A DNA stretch of 64,000 nt, from positions 132,804,001 through 132,868,000 of the forward strand of contig OZ024743.1 of the NCBI GenBank assembly GCA_964016885.1, given 5' to 3'. A program made the translations under genes and the position numbers. Below the pieces are notes generated by a model that did no database searches, was not told the DNA's origin, and saw only the letters and a list, made by a program, of their open reading frames with translations. Below, piece by piece: positions 12,511-25,700 of the stretch. Within the stretch, counting starts at the first letter, position 1. Each line of letters begins with the position of its first letter. Source of the stretch: Eledone cirrhosa. Its lineage: Eukaryota.

Positions 12511-15500
12511 TTCGTGCTTGGTGTTTGGTGCTTGGTGCTTGGTGTTTGGTGCCTGGTGCTTGGTGCTTGGTGCTTGGTGTTTGGTGTTTGGTGCTTGGTG
12601 CTTGGAGTTTGGTGTTTGGTGCTTGGTGCTTGGTGTTTCGTGTTTGGTTTTTGGTGCTTGGTGCTTGGTGCTTGGTGCTTGGTCCTTGGTGTTTGGTGTT
12701 TGCTGCTTGGTGTTTGATGCTTGGTGCTTGGTGCTTGGTGTTTTGTGTTTGGTGCTTGGTGCTTGGTGTTTGGTGCTTGGTGCTTGGTGCTTGGTGTTTG
12801 TACTTGGTGCTTGGTGTTTGGTTATTGGTTCTTGGTGTTTGGTGTTTGGCGTTTGCTGTTTGGTGCTTGGTGCTTGGTGTTTGGTGCTTGGTGCTTGGTG
12901 TTTGGTGCCTGGTGCTTGGTGCTTGGTGTTTGGTGTTTGGTGCTTGGTGCTTGGTGCTTGGAGTTTGGTGTTTGGTGCTTGGTGCTTTGTGTTTTGTGTT
13001 TGGTGTTTGGTTTATGGTGCTTGGTGCTTGGTCCTTGGTGTTTGGTGCTGGGTGCTTTGTGTTTGGTGCTTGGTGCTTGGTGTTTGGTGTTTGCTGCTTG
13101 GTGTTTGATGCTTGGTGCTTGGTGCTTGGTGTTTTGTGTTTGGTGCTTGGTTCTTGGTGTATGGTGCTTGGTGCTTGGTACTTGGTGTTTGTACTTGGTG
13201 CTTGGTGCTTGGTGTTTGGTTCTTGGTTCTTGGTGTTTGGTACTTGGTGCTTCGTGCTTGATGTTTGGTGTTTGGTGCTTGGTGTTTGGTGCTTGGTGCT
13301 TGGTGCTTGGTGTTAGGTGTTTGGTGCTTGGTCTTTGGTGTTTGGTGCTTGGTGTTTGGTGTTTGCTGTTTGGTGTTTGGTGTTTGGTGTCTGGTGTTTG
13401 CTGTTTGGTGTCTGCTTTTTGGTGTTCAGTGTTTGCTGTATGGTGTTTGGTGTTTGCTGTTTGGTGTTTGGTCTTTGGTGCTTGGTGTTTGGTGCTTGGT
13501 ACTTGGTGTTTGGTGTTTGGTGCTTTGTGCTTGGTGTTTGGTGTTTGGTGCTTGGTGTTTGGTGTTTGGTGCTTGGTGTCTGGTGCTTGGTGTTTGGTTT
13601 TTGGTGCTTGGTGTTTGGTGTTTGGTGTTTGGTGTTTGGTGCTTGGTGCTTGGTGTTTGATGTTTGGTGCTTGGTGTCTGGTGCTTGGTGCTTGGTGCTT
13701 GGTGTTTGGTGTTTGGTGCTTGGTGTTTGGTGCTTGGTGCTGGGTGGTTGGTGTTTGGTGCTTGGTGTTTGGTGCTGGGTGCTTGGTGTTTGGTGCTGGG
13801 TGCTTGGTGTTTGGTGCTTGGTGCTTGGTCTTTGGTGCTTGGTGTTTGGTGCTTGGTGCTTGGTGCTTGGTGTTTGGTGCTTGGTGCTTGGTGTTTGGTG
13901 CTTGGTGCTTGGTGTTTGGTTTTTGGTGCTTGGTGCTTGGTGTTTGGTGTTTGGTGCTTGCTGCTGGCTGCTTGGTGTTTGATGCATGGTGATTGGTGCT
14001 TGGTGTTTGGTGCTTCGTGTTTGGTGTTTGATGCTTGGTGCTTGGTGCTTGGTGTTTGGTGCTTGGTGCTTGGTGTTTGGTGCTTGGTGCTTGGTGTTTG
14101 GTGCTTGGTGTTTGGTGCTTGGTGTTTGGTGCTTGGTGCTTGGTGCTTGGTGCTTGGTGTTTGGTGGTTGGTGCTTGGTGCTTGGTGTTAGGTGTTTGGT
14201 GCTTGGTGCTTGGTGTTTGGTGTTTGGTGCTTGGTGTTTGGTGTTTGGTGCTTGGTGTTTGGTGCTTGGTACTTGGTGCTTGGTGCTTGGTGTTAGGTGT
14301 TTGGTGCTTGGTGCTTGGTGTCTGGTTTTTGGTGCTTGGTGCTTGGTGTTTGGTGTTTGGTGCTTGCTGCTGGCTGCTTGGTGTTTGGTGCTTGGTGATT
14401 GGTGCTTGGTGTTTGGTGCTTGGTGTTTGGTGTTTGGTGCTTGGTGATTGGTGTTTGTACTTGGTGCTTGGTGCTTGGTTCTTGGTGTTTGGTGCTTGGT
14501 GCTTGGTGTTTGGTGTTATATGCTTGGTGTTTGATGCTTGGTGCTTGGTGCTTGGTGTTTGGTGTTTGGTGTTTGATGCTTGGTGCTTGGTTTTTGGTGC
14601 TTGGTGCTTGGTGTTTGTACTTGGTGCTTGGTGCTTGGTGCTTGGTGTTTGGTGCTTGGTGCTTGGTGCTTGGTCCTTGGTGCTTGGTGTTTGGTGGTTG
14701 GTGTTTGGTGCTTGGTGTTAGGTGTTTGGTGCTTGGTGCTTAGTGTTTGGTGTTTGGTGCTTGGTGTTTGGTGTTTGGTGCTTGGTATTTGGTGCTTGGT
14801 ACTTGGTGCTTGGTGCTTGGTGTTAGGTGTTTGGTGCTTGGTGTTTGGTGCTTGGTGTTTGGTGCTTGGTGCTTGGTGCTTGGTGCTTGGTGTTTGGTGG
14901 TTGGTGTTTGGTGCTTGGTGTTTGGTGCTTGGTGTTAGGTGTTTGGTGCTTGGTGCTTGGTGCTTGGTGCTTGGTGTTTGGTGCTGGGTGCTTGGTGCTT
15001 GGTGTTTGGTGTTATATGCTTGGTGTTTGATGCTTGGTGCTTGGTGCTTGGTGTTTGGTGTTTGGTGCTTGGTGTTTGATGCTTGGTGCTTGGTGCTTGG
15101 TGTTTGGTGCTTGGTGCTTGGTGTTTGGTGCTTGGTGCTTGGTGTTTGGTGCTTGGTGTTTGGTGCTTGGTGTTTGGTGCTTGGTGCTTGGTGCTTGGTG
15201 CTTGGTGTTTGGTGGTTGGTGCTTGGTGCTTGGTGTTAGGTGTTTGGTGCTTGGTGCTTGGTGTCTGGTTTTTGGTGCTTGGTGCTTGGTGTTTGGTGCT
15301 TGTTGCTGGCTGCTTGGTGTTTGGTGCTTGGTGATTGGTGCTTGGTGTTTGGTGCTTGGTGTTTGGTATTTGGTGCTTGGTGTTTGTACTTGGTGTTTGG
15401 TGCTTGGTGTTTGGTGCTAGGTGCTTGGTGTTTGGTGCTTGGTGCTTGGTGTTTGGTGCCTGGTGCTTGGTGTTTGGTGTTTGGTGTTTGGTGCTTGGTG

Positions 15501-15999
15501 CTTGGTGTTTGGTGTTTGCTGTTTGCTGTTTGGTGTTTGTTGTTTGGTGTTTGTTGTTTGGTGTTTGCTGTTTGGTGTTTGGTGTTTGCTTTTTGGTGTT
15601 TGGTGTTTGATGTATGTTGTTTGCTGTTTGGTGTTTGGTGTTTGGTGTTTGGTGCTTGGTGCTTGGTGTTTGGTGCTTGGTGCTTGGTGTTTGGTGCCTG
15701 GTGCTTGGTGTTTGGTGTTTGGTGCTTGGTGCTTGGAGTTTGGTGTTTGGTGCTTGGTGCTTGGTGTTTCGTGTTTCGTGTTTGGTGCTTGGTGCTTGGT
15801 GCTTGGTCCTTGGTGTTTGGTGCTGGGTGCATTGTGTTTGGTGCTTGGTGCTTGGTGCTTGGTGCTTGGTGTTTGGTGTTTGCTGCTTGGTGTTTGATGC
15901 TTGGTGCTTGGTGCTTGGTGTTTTGTGTTTGGTGCTTGGTGGTTGGTGCTTGGTGTTTGGTGCTTGGTGCTTGGTGCTTGGTGTTTTGTGTTTGGTGCT

Positions 16000-16215
16000 T
16001 GGTGCTTGGTGTTTGGTGCTTGGTGCTGGGTGGTTGGTGTTTGGTGCTTGGTGTTTGGTGCTGGGTGCTTGGTGTTTGGTGCTGGGTGCTTGGTGTTTGG
16101 TGCTTGGTGCTTGGTGTTTGGTGCTTGGTGCTGGGTGGTTGGTGTTTGGTGCTTGGTGTTTGGTGCTGGGTGCTTGGTGTTTGGTGCTGGGTGCTTGGTG
16201 TTTGGTGCTTGGTGC
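16000..16215 (+). repeat. 105-bp (15-monomer) local duplication of the TGGGTGG/TGGGTGC module
   Basis: TGGGTGG occurs at ~16027 and ~16132, each followed by two TGGGTGC monomers. The module is single in the 4-kb units (2411-2474). The doubled form also occurs at ~18537, ~43151, ~45869 and ~63844. Confidence 0.8.
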
Positions 16216-16229
16216 TTGGTCTTTGGTGC

Positions 16230-16640
16230 TTGGTGTTTGGTGCTTGGTGCTTGGTGCTTGGTGTTTGGTGCTTGGTGCTTGGTGTTTGGTGCTTGGTGCT
16301 TGGTGTTTGGTTTTTGGTGCTTGGTGCTTGGTGTTTGGTGTTTGGTGCTTGCTGCTGGCTGCTTGGTGTTTGATGCATGGTGATTGGTGCTTGGTGTTTG
16401 GTGCTTGGTGTTTGGTGTTTGATGCTTGGTGCTTGGTGCTTGGTGTTTGGTGCTTGGTGCTTGGTGTTTGGTGCTTGGTGCTTGGTGTTTGGTTTTTGGT
16501 GCTTGGTGCTTGGTGTTTGGTGTTTGGTGCTTGCTGCTGGCTGCTTGGTGTTTGATGCATGGTGATTGGTGCTTGGTGTTTGGTGCTTGGTGTTTGGTGT
16601 TTGATGCTTGGTGCTTGGTGCTTGGTGTTTGGTGCTTGGT
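16230..16640 (+). repeat. 182-bp (26-monomer) local tandem duplication (boundaries approximate)
   Basis: ATGCAT pairs 182 bp apart occur at 16373/16555, 18883/19065, 36484/36666 and 38994/39176. Confidence 0.85.
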
Positions 16641-18919
16641 GCTTGGTGTTTGGTGCTTGGTGCTAGGTGTTTGGTGCTTGGTGTTTGGTGCTTGGTGTTT
16701 GGTGCTTGGTGCTTGGTGCTTGGTGCTTGGTGTTTGGTGGTTGGTGCTTGGTGCTTGGTGTTAGGTGTTTGGTGCTTGGTGCTTGGTGTTTGGTGTTTGG
16801 TGCTTGGTGTTTGGTGTTTGGTGCTTGGTGTTTGGTGCTTGGTACTTGGTGCTTGGTGCTTGGTATTAGGTGTTTGGTGCTTGGTGCTTGGTGTCTGGTT
16901 TTTGGTGCTTGGTGCTTGGTGTTTGGTGTTTGGTGCTTGCTGCTGGCTGCTTGGTGTTTGGTGCTTGGTGATTGGTGCTTGGTGTTTGGTGCTTGGTGTT
17001 TGGTGTTTGGTGCTTGGTGATTGGTGTTTGTACTTGGTGCTTGGTGCTTGGTTCTTGGTGTTTGGTGCTTGGTGCTTGGTGTTTGGTGTTATATGCTTGG
17101 TGTTTGATGCTTGGTGCTTGGTGCTTGGTGTATGGTGTTTGGTGTTTGATGCTTGGTGCTTGGTGTTTGGTGCTTGGTGCTTGGTGTTTGTACTTGGTGC
17201 TTGGTGCTTGGTGCTTGGTGTTTGGTGCTTGGTGCTTGGTCCTTGGTGGTTGGTGTTTGGTGGTTGGTGTTTGGTGCTTGGAGTTAGTTGTTTGGTGCTT
17301 GGTGCTTGGTGTTTGGTGTTTGGTGCTTGGTGTTTGGTGTTTGGTGCTTGGTATTTGGTGCTTGGTACTTGGTGCTTGGTGCTTGGTGTTAGGTGTTTGG
17401 GGCTTGGTGTTTGGTGCTTGGTGTTTGGTGCTTGGTGTTTGGTGCTTGGTGTTAGGTGTTTGGTGCTTGGTGCTTGGTGTTTGGTGTTTGGTGCTTGGTG
17501 TTTGGTGTTTGGTGCTTGGTGTTTGGTGCTTTTTGCTTGGTGCTTGGTGCTTGGTGTTTGGTGCTGGGTGCTTGGTGCTTGGTGTTTGGTGTTATATGCT
17601 TGGTGTTTGATGCTTGGTGCTTGGTGCTTGGTGTTTGGTGTTTGGTGCTTGGTGTTTGATGCTTGGTGCTTGGTGCTTGGTGCTTGGTGTTTGGTGCTTG
17701 GTGCTTGGTGTTTGGTGCTTGGTGTTTGGTGCTTGGTGTTTGGTGCTTGGTGCTTGGTGCTTGGTGCTTGGTGTTTGGTGGTCGGTGCTTGGTGCTTGGT
17801 GTTAGGTGTTTGGTGCTTGGTGCTTGGTGTCTGGTTTTTGGTGCTTGGTGCTTGGTGTTTGGTGCTTGTTGCTGGCTGCTTGGTGTTTGGTGCTTGGTGA
17901 TTGGTGCTTGGTGTTTGGTGCTTGGTGTTTGGTATTTGGTGCTTGGTGTTTGTACTTGGTGTTTGGTGCTTGGTGTTTGGTGCTAGGTGCTTGGTGTTTG
18001 GTGCTTGGTGCTTGGTGTTTGGTGCCTGGTGCTTGGTGTTTGGTGTTTGGTGTTTGGTGCTTGGTGCTTGGTGTTTGGTGTTTGCTGTTTGCTGTTTGGT
18101 GTTTGTTGTTTGGTGTTTGTTGTTTGGTGTTTGCTGTTTGGTGTTTGGTGTTTGCTTTTTGGTGTTTGGTGTTTGATGTATGTTGTTTGCTGTTTGGTGT
18201 TTGGTGTTTGGTGTTTGGTGCTTGGTGCTTGGTGTTTGGTGCTTGGAGTTTGGTGTTTGGTGCTTGGTGCTTGGTGTTTCGTGTTTCGTGTTTGGTGCTT
18301 GGTGCTTGGTGCTTGGTCCTTGGTGTTTGGTGCTGGGTGCATTGTGTTTGGTGCTTGGTGCTTGGTGCTTGGTGCTTGGTGTTTGGTGTTTGCTGCTTGG
18401 TGTTTGATGCTTGGTGCTTGGTGCTTGGTGTTTTGTGTTTGGTGCTTGGTGGTTGGTGCTTGGTGTTTGGTGCTTGGTGCTTGGTGCTTGGTGTTTTGTG
18501 TTTGGTGCTTGGTGCTTGGTGTTTGGTGCTTGGTGCTGGGTGGTTGGTGTTTGGTGCTTGGTGTTTGGTGCTGGGTGCTTGGTGTTTGGTGCTGGGTGCT
18601 TGGTGTTTGGTGCTTGGTGCTTGGTGTTTGGTGCTTGGTGCTGGGTGGTTGGTGTTTGGTGCTTGGTGTTTGGTGCTGGGTGCTTGGTGTTTGGTGCTGG
18701 GTGCTTGGTGTTTGGTGCTTGGTGCTTGGTCTTTGGTGCTTGGTGTTTGGTGCTTGGTGCTTGGTGCTTGGTGTTTGGTGCTTGGTGCTTGGTGTTTGGT
18801 GCTTGGTGCTTGGTGTTTGGTTTTTGGTGCTTGGTGCTTGGTGTTTGGTGTTTGGTGCTTGCTGCTGGCTGCTTGGTGTTTGATGCATGGTGATTGGTGC
18901 TTGGTGTTTGGTGCTTGGT

Positions 18920-21900
18920 GTTTGGTGTTTGATGCTTGGTGCTTGGTGCTTGGTGTTTGGTGCTTGGTGCTTGGTGTTTGGTGCTTGGTGCTTGGTGTTT
19001 GGTTTTTGGTGCTTGGTGCTTGGTGTTTGGTGTTTGGTGCTTGCTGCTGGCTGCTTGGTGTTTGATGCATGGTGATTGGTGCTTGGTGTTTGGTGCTTGG
19101 TGTTTGGTGTTTGATGCTTGGTGCTTGGTGCTTGGTGTTTGGTGCTTGGTGCTTGGTGTTTGGTGCTTGGTGCTAGGTGTTTGGTGCTTGGTGTTTGGTG
19201 CTTGGTGTTTGGTGCTTGGTGCTTGGTGCTTGGTGCTTGGTGTTTGGTGGTTGGTGCTTGGTGCTTGGTGTTAGGTGTTTGGTGCTTGGTGCTTGGTGTT
19301 TGGTGTTTGGTGCTTGGTGTTTGGTGTTTGGTGCTTGGTGTTTGGTGCTTGGTACTTGGTGCTTGGTGCTTGGTATTAGGTGTTTGGTGCTTGGTGCTTG
19401 GTGTCTGGTTTTTGGTGCTTGGTGCTTGGTGTTTGGTGTTTGGTGCTTGCTGCTGGCTGCTTGGTGTTTGGTGCTTGGTGATTGGTGCTTGGTGTTTGGT
19501 GCTTGGTGTTTGGTGTTTGGTGCTTGGTGATTGGTGTTTGTACTTGGTGCTTGGTGCTTGGTTCTTGGTGTTTGGTGCTTTTGTGCTTGGTGTTTGGTGT
19601 TATATGCTTGGTGTTTGATGCTTGGTGCTTGGTGCTTGGTGTATGGTGTTTGGTGTTTGATGCTTGGTGCTTGGTGTTTGGTGCTTGGTGCTTGGTGTTT
19701 GTACTTGGTGCTTGGTGCTTGGTGCTTGGTGTTTGGTGCTTGGTGATTGGTGCTTGGTTCTTGGTGGTTGGTGTTTGGTGGTTGGTGTTTGGTGCTTGGA
19801 GTTAGTTGTTTGGTGCTTGGTGCTTGGTGTTTGGTGTTTGGTGCTTGGTGTTTGGTGTTTGGTGCTTGGTATTTGGTGCTTGGTACTTGGTGCTTGGTGC
19901 TTGGTGTTAGGTGTTTGGGGCTTGGTGTTTGGTGCTTGGTGTTTGGTGCTTGGTGTTTGGTGCTTGGTGTTAGGTGTTTGGTGCTTGGTGCTTGGTGTTT
20001 GGTGTTTGGTGCTTGGTGTTTGGTGTTTGGTGCTTGGTGTTTGGTGCTTTTTGCTTGGTGCTTGGTGCTTGGTGTTTGGTGCTGGGTGCTTGGTGCTTGG
20101 TGTTTGGTGTTATATGCTTGGTGTTTGATGCTTGGTGCTTGGTGCTTGGTGTTTGGTGTTTGGTGCTTGGTGTTTGATGCTTGGTGCTTGGTGCTTGGTG
20201 TTTGGTGCTTGGTGCTTGGTGTTTGGTGCTTGGTGCTTGGTGTTTGGTGCTTGGTGTTTGGTGCTTGGTGTTTGGTGCTTGGTGCTTGGTGCTTGGTGTT
20301 TGGTGGTTGGTGCTTGGTGCTTGGTGTTAGGTGTTTGGTGCTTGGTGCTTGGTGTCTGGTTTTTGGTGCTTGGTGCTTGGTGTTTGGTGCTTGTTGCTGG
20401 CTGCTTGGTGTTTGGTGCTTGGTGATTGGTGCTTGGTGTTTGGTGCTTGGTGTTTGGTGTTTGGTGCTTGGTGTTTGTACTTGGTGTTTGGTGCTTGGTG
20501 TTTGGTGCTAGGTGCTTGGTGTTTGGTGCTTGGTGCTTGGTGTTTGGTGCCTGGTGCTTGGTGTTTGGTGTTTGGTGTTTGGTGCTTGGTGCTTGGTGTT
20601 TGGTGTTTGCTGTTTGCTGTTTGGTGTTTGTTGTTTGGTGTTTGTTGTTTGGTGTTTGCTGTTTGGTGTTTGGTGTTTGCTTTTTGGTGTTTGGTGTTTG
20701 ATGTATGTTGTTTGCTGTTTGGTGTTTGATGCTTGGTGCTTGGTGCTTGGTGTTTGGTGCTTGGTGCTTGGTGTTTGGTGCTTGGTGCTTGGTGTTTGGT
20801 TTTTGGTGCTTGGTGCTTGGTGTTTGGTGTTTGGTGCTTGCTGCTGGCTGCTTGGTGTTTGATGCATGGTGATTGGTGCTTGGTGTTTGGTGCTTGGTGT
20901 TTGGTGTTTGATGCTTGGTGCTTGGTGCTTGGTGTTTGGTGCTTGGTGCTTGGTGTTTGGTGCTTGGTGCTAGGTGTTTGGTGCTTGGTGTTTGGTGCTT
21001 GGTGTTTGGTGCTTGGTGCTTGGTGCTTGGTGCTTGGTGTTTGGTGGTTGGTGCTTGGTGCTTGGTGTTAGGTGTTTGGTGCTTGGTGCTTGGTGTTTGG
21101 TGTTTGGTGCTTGGTGTTTGGTGTTTGGTGCTTGGTGTTTGGTGCTTGGTACTTGGTGCTTGGTGCTTGGTATTAGGTGTTTGGTGCTTGGTGCTTGGTG
21201 TCTGGTTTTTGGTGCTTGGTGCTTGGTGTTTGGTGTTTGGTGCTTGCTGCTGGCTGCTTGGTGTTTGGTGCTTGGTGATTGGTGCTTGGTGTTTGGTGCT
21301 TGGTGTTTGGTGTTTGGTGCTTGGTGATTGGTGTTTGTACTTGGTGCTTGGTGCTTGGTTCTTGGTGTTTGGTGCTTGGTGCTTGGTGTTTGGTGTTATA
21401 TGCTTGGTGTTTGATGCTTGGTGCTTGGTGCTTGGTGTATGGTGTTTGGTGTTTGATGCTTGGTGCTTGGTGTTTGGTGCTTGGTGCTTGGTGTTTGTAC
21501 TTGGTGCTTGGTGCTTGGTGCTTGGTGTTTGGTGCTTGGTGCTTGGTGCTTGGTCCTTGGTGGTTGGTGTTTGGTGGTTGGTGTTTGGTGCTTGGAGTTA
21601 GTTGTTTGGTGCTTGGTGCTTGGTGTTTGGTGTTTGGTGCTTGGTGTTTGGTGTTTGGTGCTTGGTATTTGGTGCTTGGTACTTGGTGCTTGGTGCTTGG
21701 TGTTAGGTGTTTGGGGCTTGGTGTTTGGTGCTTGGTGTTTGGTGCTTGGTGTTTGGTGCTTGGTGTTAGGTGTTTGGTGCTTGGTGCTTGGTGTTTGGTG
21801 TTTGGTGCTTGGTGTTTGGTGTTTGGTGCTTGGTGTTTGGTGCTTTTTGCTTGGTGCTTGGTGCTTGGTGTTTGGTGCTGGGTGCTTGGTGCTTGGTGTT

Positions 21901-22520
21901 TGGTGTTATATGCTTGGTGTTTGATGCTTGGTGCTTGGTGCTTGGTGTTTGGTGTTTGGTGCTTGGTGTTTGATGCTTGGTGCTTGGTGCTTGGTGTTTG
22001 GTGCTTGGTGCTTGGTGTTTGGTGCTTGGTGCTTGGTGTTTGGTGCTTGGTGTTTGGTGCTTGGTGTTTGGTGCTTGGTGCTTGGTGCTTGGTGTTTGGT
22101 GGTTGGTGCTTGGTGCTTGGTGTTAGGTGTTTGGTGCTTGGTGCTTGGTGTCTGGTTTTTGGTGCTTGGTGCTTGGTGTTTGGTGCTTGTTGCTGGCTGC
22201 TTGGTGTTTGGTGCTTGGTGATTGGTGCTTGGTGTTTGGTGCTTGGTGTTTGGTGTTTGGTGCTTGGTGTTTGTACTTGGTGTTTGGTGCTTGGTGTTTG
22301 GTGCTAGGTGCTTGGTGTTTGGTGCTTGGTGCTTGGTGTTTGGTGCCTGGTGCTTGGTGTTTGGTGTTTGGTGTTTGGTGCTTGGTGCTTGGTGTTTGGT
22401 GTTTGCTGTTTGCTGTTTGGTGTTTGTTGTTTGGTGTTTGTTGTTTGGTGTTTGCTGTTTGGTGTTTGGTGTTTGCTTTTTGGTGTTTGGTGTTTGATGT
22501 ATGTTGTTTGCTGTTTGGTG
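18920..22520 (+). repeat. 1,796/1,797-bp tandem duplication (repeated at +20111)
   Basis: ORF offsets are 19118->20915 (1797), 19664->21460 and 20331->22127 (both 1796). The 1-bp shift is explained by the 8-mer TTTTGTGC at ~19579. Confidence 0.88.
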
Positions 22521-22742
22521 TTTGGTGTTTGGTGTTTGGTGCTTGGTGCGTGGTGTTTGGTGCTTGGTGGTTGGTGTTTGGTGCCTGGTGCTTGGTGTTT
22601 GGTGTTTGGTGCTTGGTGCTTGGAGTTTGGTGTTTGGTGCTTGGTGCTTGGTGTTTCGTGTTTCGTGTTTGGTGCTTGGTGCTTGGTGCTTGGTCCTTGG
22701 TGTTTGGTGCTGGGTGCATTGTGTTTGGTGCTTGGTGCTTGG

Positions 22743-25700
22743 TGCTGGCTGCTTGGTGTTTGATGCATGGTGATTGGTGCTTGGTGTTTGGTGCTTCGTG
22801 TTTGGTGTTTGATGCTTGGTGCTTGGTGCTTGGTGTTTGGTGCTTGGTGCTTGGTGTTTGGTGCTTGGTGCTTGGTGTTTGGTGCTTGGTGTTTGGTGCT
22901 TGGTGTTTGGTGCTTGGTGCTTGGTGCTTGGTGCTTGGTGTTTGGTGGTTGGTGCTTGGTGCTTGGTGTTAGGTGTTTGGTGCTTGGTGCTTGGTGTTTG
23001 GTGTTTGGTGCTTGGTGTTTGGTGTTTGGTGCTTGGTGTTTGGTGCTTGGTACTTGGTGCTTGGTGCTTGGTGTTAGGTGTTTGGTGCTTGGTGCTTGGT
23101 GTCTGGTTTTTGGTGCTTGGTGCTTGGTGTTTGGTGTTTGGTGCTTGCTGCTGGCTGCTTGGTGTTTGGTGCTTGGTGATTGGTGCTTGGTGTTTGGTGC
23201 TTGGTGTTTGGTGTTTGGTGCTTGGTGATTGGTGTTTGTACTTGGTGCTTGGTGCTTGGTTCTTGGTGTTTGGTGCTTGGTGCTTGGTGTTTGGTGTTAT
23301 ATGCTTGGTGTTTGATGTTTGGTGCTTGGTGCTTGGTGTTTGGTGTTTGGTGTTTGATGCTTGGTGCTTGGTGTTTGGTGCTTGGTGCTTGGTGTTTGTA
23401 CTTGGTGCTTGGTGCTTGGTGCTTGGTGTTTGGTGCTTGGTGCTTGGTGCTTGGTCCTTGGTGCTTGGTGTTTGGTGGTTGGTGTTTGGTGCTTGATGTT
23501 AGGTGTTTGGTGCTTGGTGCTTGGTGTTTGGTGTTTGGTGCTTGGTGTTTGGTGTTTGGTGCTTGGTATTTGGTGCTTGGTACTTGGTGCTTGGTGCTTG
23601 GTGTTAGGTGTTTGGTGCTTGGTGTTTGGTGCTTGGTGTTTGGTGCTTGGTGCTTGGTGCTTGGTGCTTGGTGTTTGGTGGTTGGTGTTTGGTGCTTGGT
23701 GTTTGGTGCTTGGTGTTAGGTGTTTGGTGCTTGGTGCTTGGTGTTTGGTGTTTGGTGCTTGGTGTTTGGTGTTTGGTGCTTGGTGTTTGGTGCTTTTTGC
23801 TTGGTGCTTGGTGCTTGGTGTTTGGTGCTGGGTGCTTGGTGCTTGGTGTTTGGTGTTATATGCTTGGTGTTTGATGCTTGGTGCTTGGTGCTTGGTGTTT
23901 GATGCTTGGTGCTTGGTGCTTGGTGTTTGGTGCTTGGTGCTTGGTGTTTGGTGCTTGGTGCTTGGTGTTTGGTGCTTGGTGTTTGGTGCTTGGTGTTTGG
24001 TGCTTGGTGCTTGGTGCTTGGTGCTTGGTGTTTGGTGGTTGGTGCTTGGTGCTTGGTGTTAGGTGTTTGGTGCTTGGTGCTTGGTGTCTGGTTTTTGGTT
24101 CTTGGTGCTTGGTGTTTGGTGCTTGTTGCTGGCTGCTTGGTGTTTGGTGCTTGGTGATTGGTGCTTGGTGTTTGGTGCTTGGTGTTTGGTGTTTGGTGCT
24201 TGGTGTTTGTACTTGGTGTTTGGTGCTTGGTGTTTGGTGCTAGGTGCTTGGTGTTTGGTGCTTGGTGCTTGGTGTTTGGTGCCTGGTGCTTGGTGTTTGG
24301 TGTTTGGTGTTTGGTGCTTGGTGCTTGGTGTTTGGTGTTTGCTGTTTGCTGTTTGGTGTTTGTTGTTTGGTGTTTGGTGCTTGGTGCTTGGTGTCTGGTT
24401 TTGGTGCTTGGTGCTTGGTGTTTGGTGCTTGTTGCTGGCTGCTTGGTGTTTGGTGCTAGGTGCTTGGTGTTTGGTGCTTGGTGCTTGGTGTTTGGTGTTT
24501 GGTGCTTGGTGTTTGGTGCTTGGTGTTTGGTGTTAGGTGTTTGGTGCTTGGTGTTTGGTGTTTGGTGCTTGGTGTTTGGTGCTTGGTGTTTGGTGCTTGG
24601 TGTTTGGTGCTTGGTACTTGGTGCTTGGTGCTTGGTGTTAGGTGTTTGGTGCTTGGTGCTTGGTGTTTGGTTTTTGGTGCTTGGTGCTTGGTGTTTGGTG
24701 TTTGGGGCTTGCTGCTGGCTGCTTGGTGTTTGATGCTTGGTGATTGGTGCTTGGTGTTTTGTGCTTGGTGTTTCGTGCTTGGTGTTTGGTGCTTGGTGCT
24801 TGGTGTTTGGTGCCTGGTGCTTGGTGCTTGGTGTTTGGTGTTTGGTGTTAGGTGCTTGATGCTTGGTGTTTGGTGCTTGGTGCTGGGTGGTTGGTGTTTA
24901 GTGCTTGGTGTTTGGTGCTGGGTGCTTGGTGTTTGGTGCTTGGTGCTTGGTCTTTGGTGCTTGGTGTTTGGTGTTTGGTGCTTGGTGCTTGGTGCTTGGT
25001 GTTTGGTGCTTGGTGCTTGGTGTTTGGTGCTTGGTGCTTAGTGTTTGGTGCTTGGTGCTTAGTGTTTGGTGCTAGGTGCTTGGTGTTTGGTGCTTGGTGC
25101 TTGGTGTTTGGTGCCTGGTGCTTGGTGTTTGGTGTTTGGTGTTTGGTGCTTGGTGCTTGGTGTTTGGTGTTTGCTGTTTGCTGTTTGTTGTTTGGTGTTT
25201 GCTGTTTGGTGTTTGGTGTTTGCTTTTTGGTGTTTGGTGTTTGCTGTATGTTGTTTGCTGTTTGGTGTTTGGTGTTTGGTGTTTCGTGCTTGGTGTTTGG
25301 TGCTTGGTGCTTGGTGTTTGGTGCCTGGTGCTTGGTGCTTGGTGCTTGGTGTTTGGTGTTTGGTGCTTGGTGCTTGGAGTTTGGTGTTTGGTGCTTGGTG
25401 CTTGGTGTTTCGTGTTTCGTGTTTGGTTTTTGGTGCTTGGTGCTTGGTGCTTGGTCCTTGGTGTTTGGTGTTTGCTGCTTGGTGTTTGATGCTTGGTGCT
25501 TGGTGCTTGGTGTTTTGTGTTTGGTGCTTGGTGCTTGGTGTTTGGTGCTTGGTGCTTGGTGCTTGGTGTTTGTACTTGGTGCTTGGTGTTTGGTTCTTGG
25601 TTCTTGGTCTTTGGTGTTTGGCGTTTGCTGTTTGGTGCTTGGTGCTTGGTGTTTGGTGCTTGGTGCTTGGTGTTTGGTGCCTGGTGCTTGGTGCTTGGTA

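Larger units (their letters stand above)
14960..20725 (+). repeat. ~2.5-kb higher-order repeat, about 2.3 copies (boundaries approximate; repeated at +20111)
   Basis: ORF offsets are 15240->17806 (2566), 16608->19118 (2510), 17456->19974 (2518) and 17806->20331 (2525). The copies share private variants such as TTGGAGT-TAGTTGT, TGGGTGC-ATTGTGT and TTGGTAT-TAGG. Confidence 0.85.
2632..22742 (+). repeat. 20,111-bp block, copy 1 of a tandem duplication
   Basis: ORFs from 2656 to ~22500 recur at a constant +20111 (2656->22767, 4961->25072, 14935->35046, 22127->42238). The first upstream mismatch is 2631 C vs 22742 G. Confidence 0.95.
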
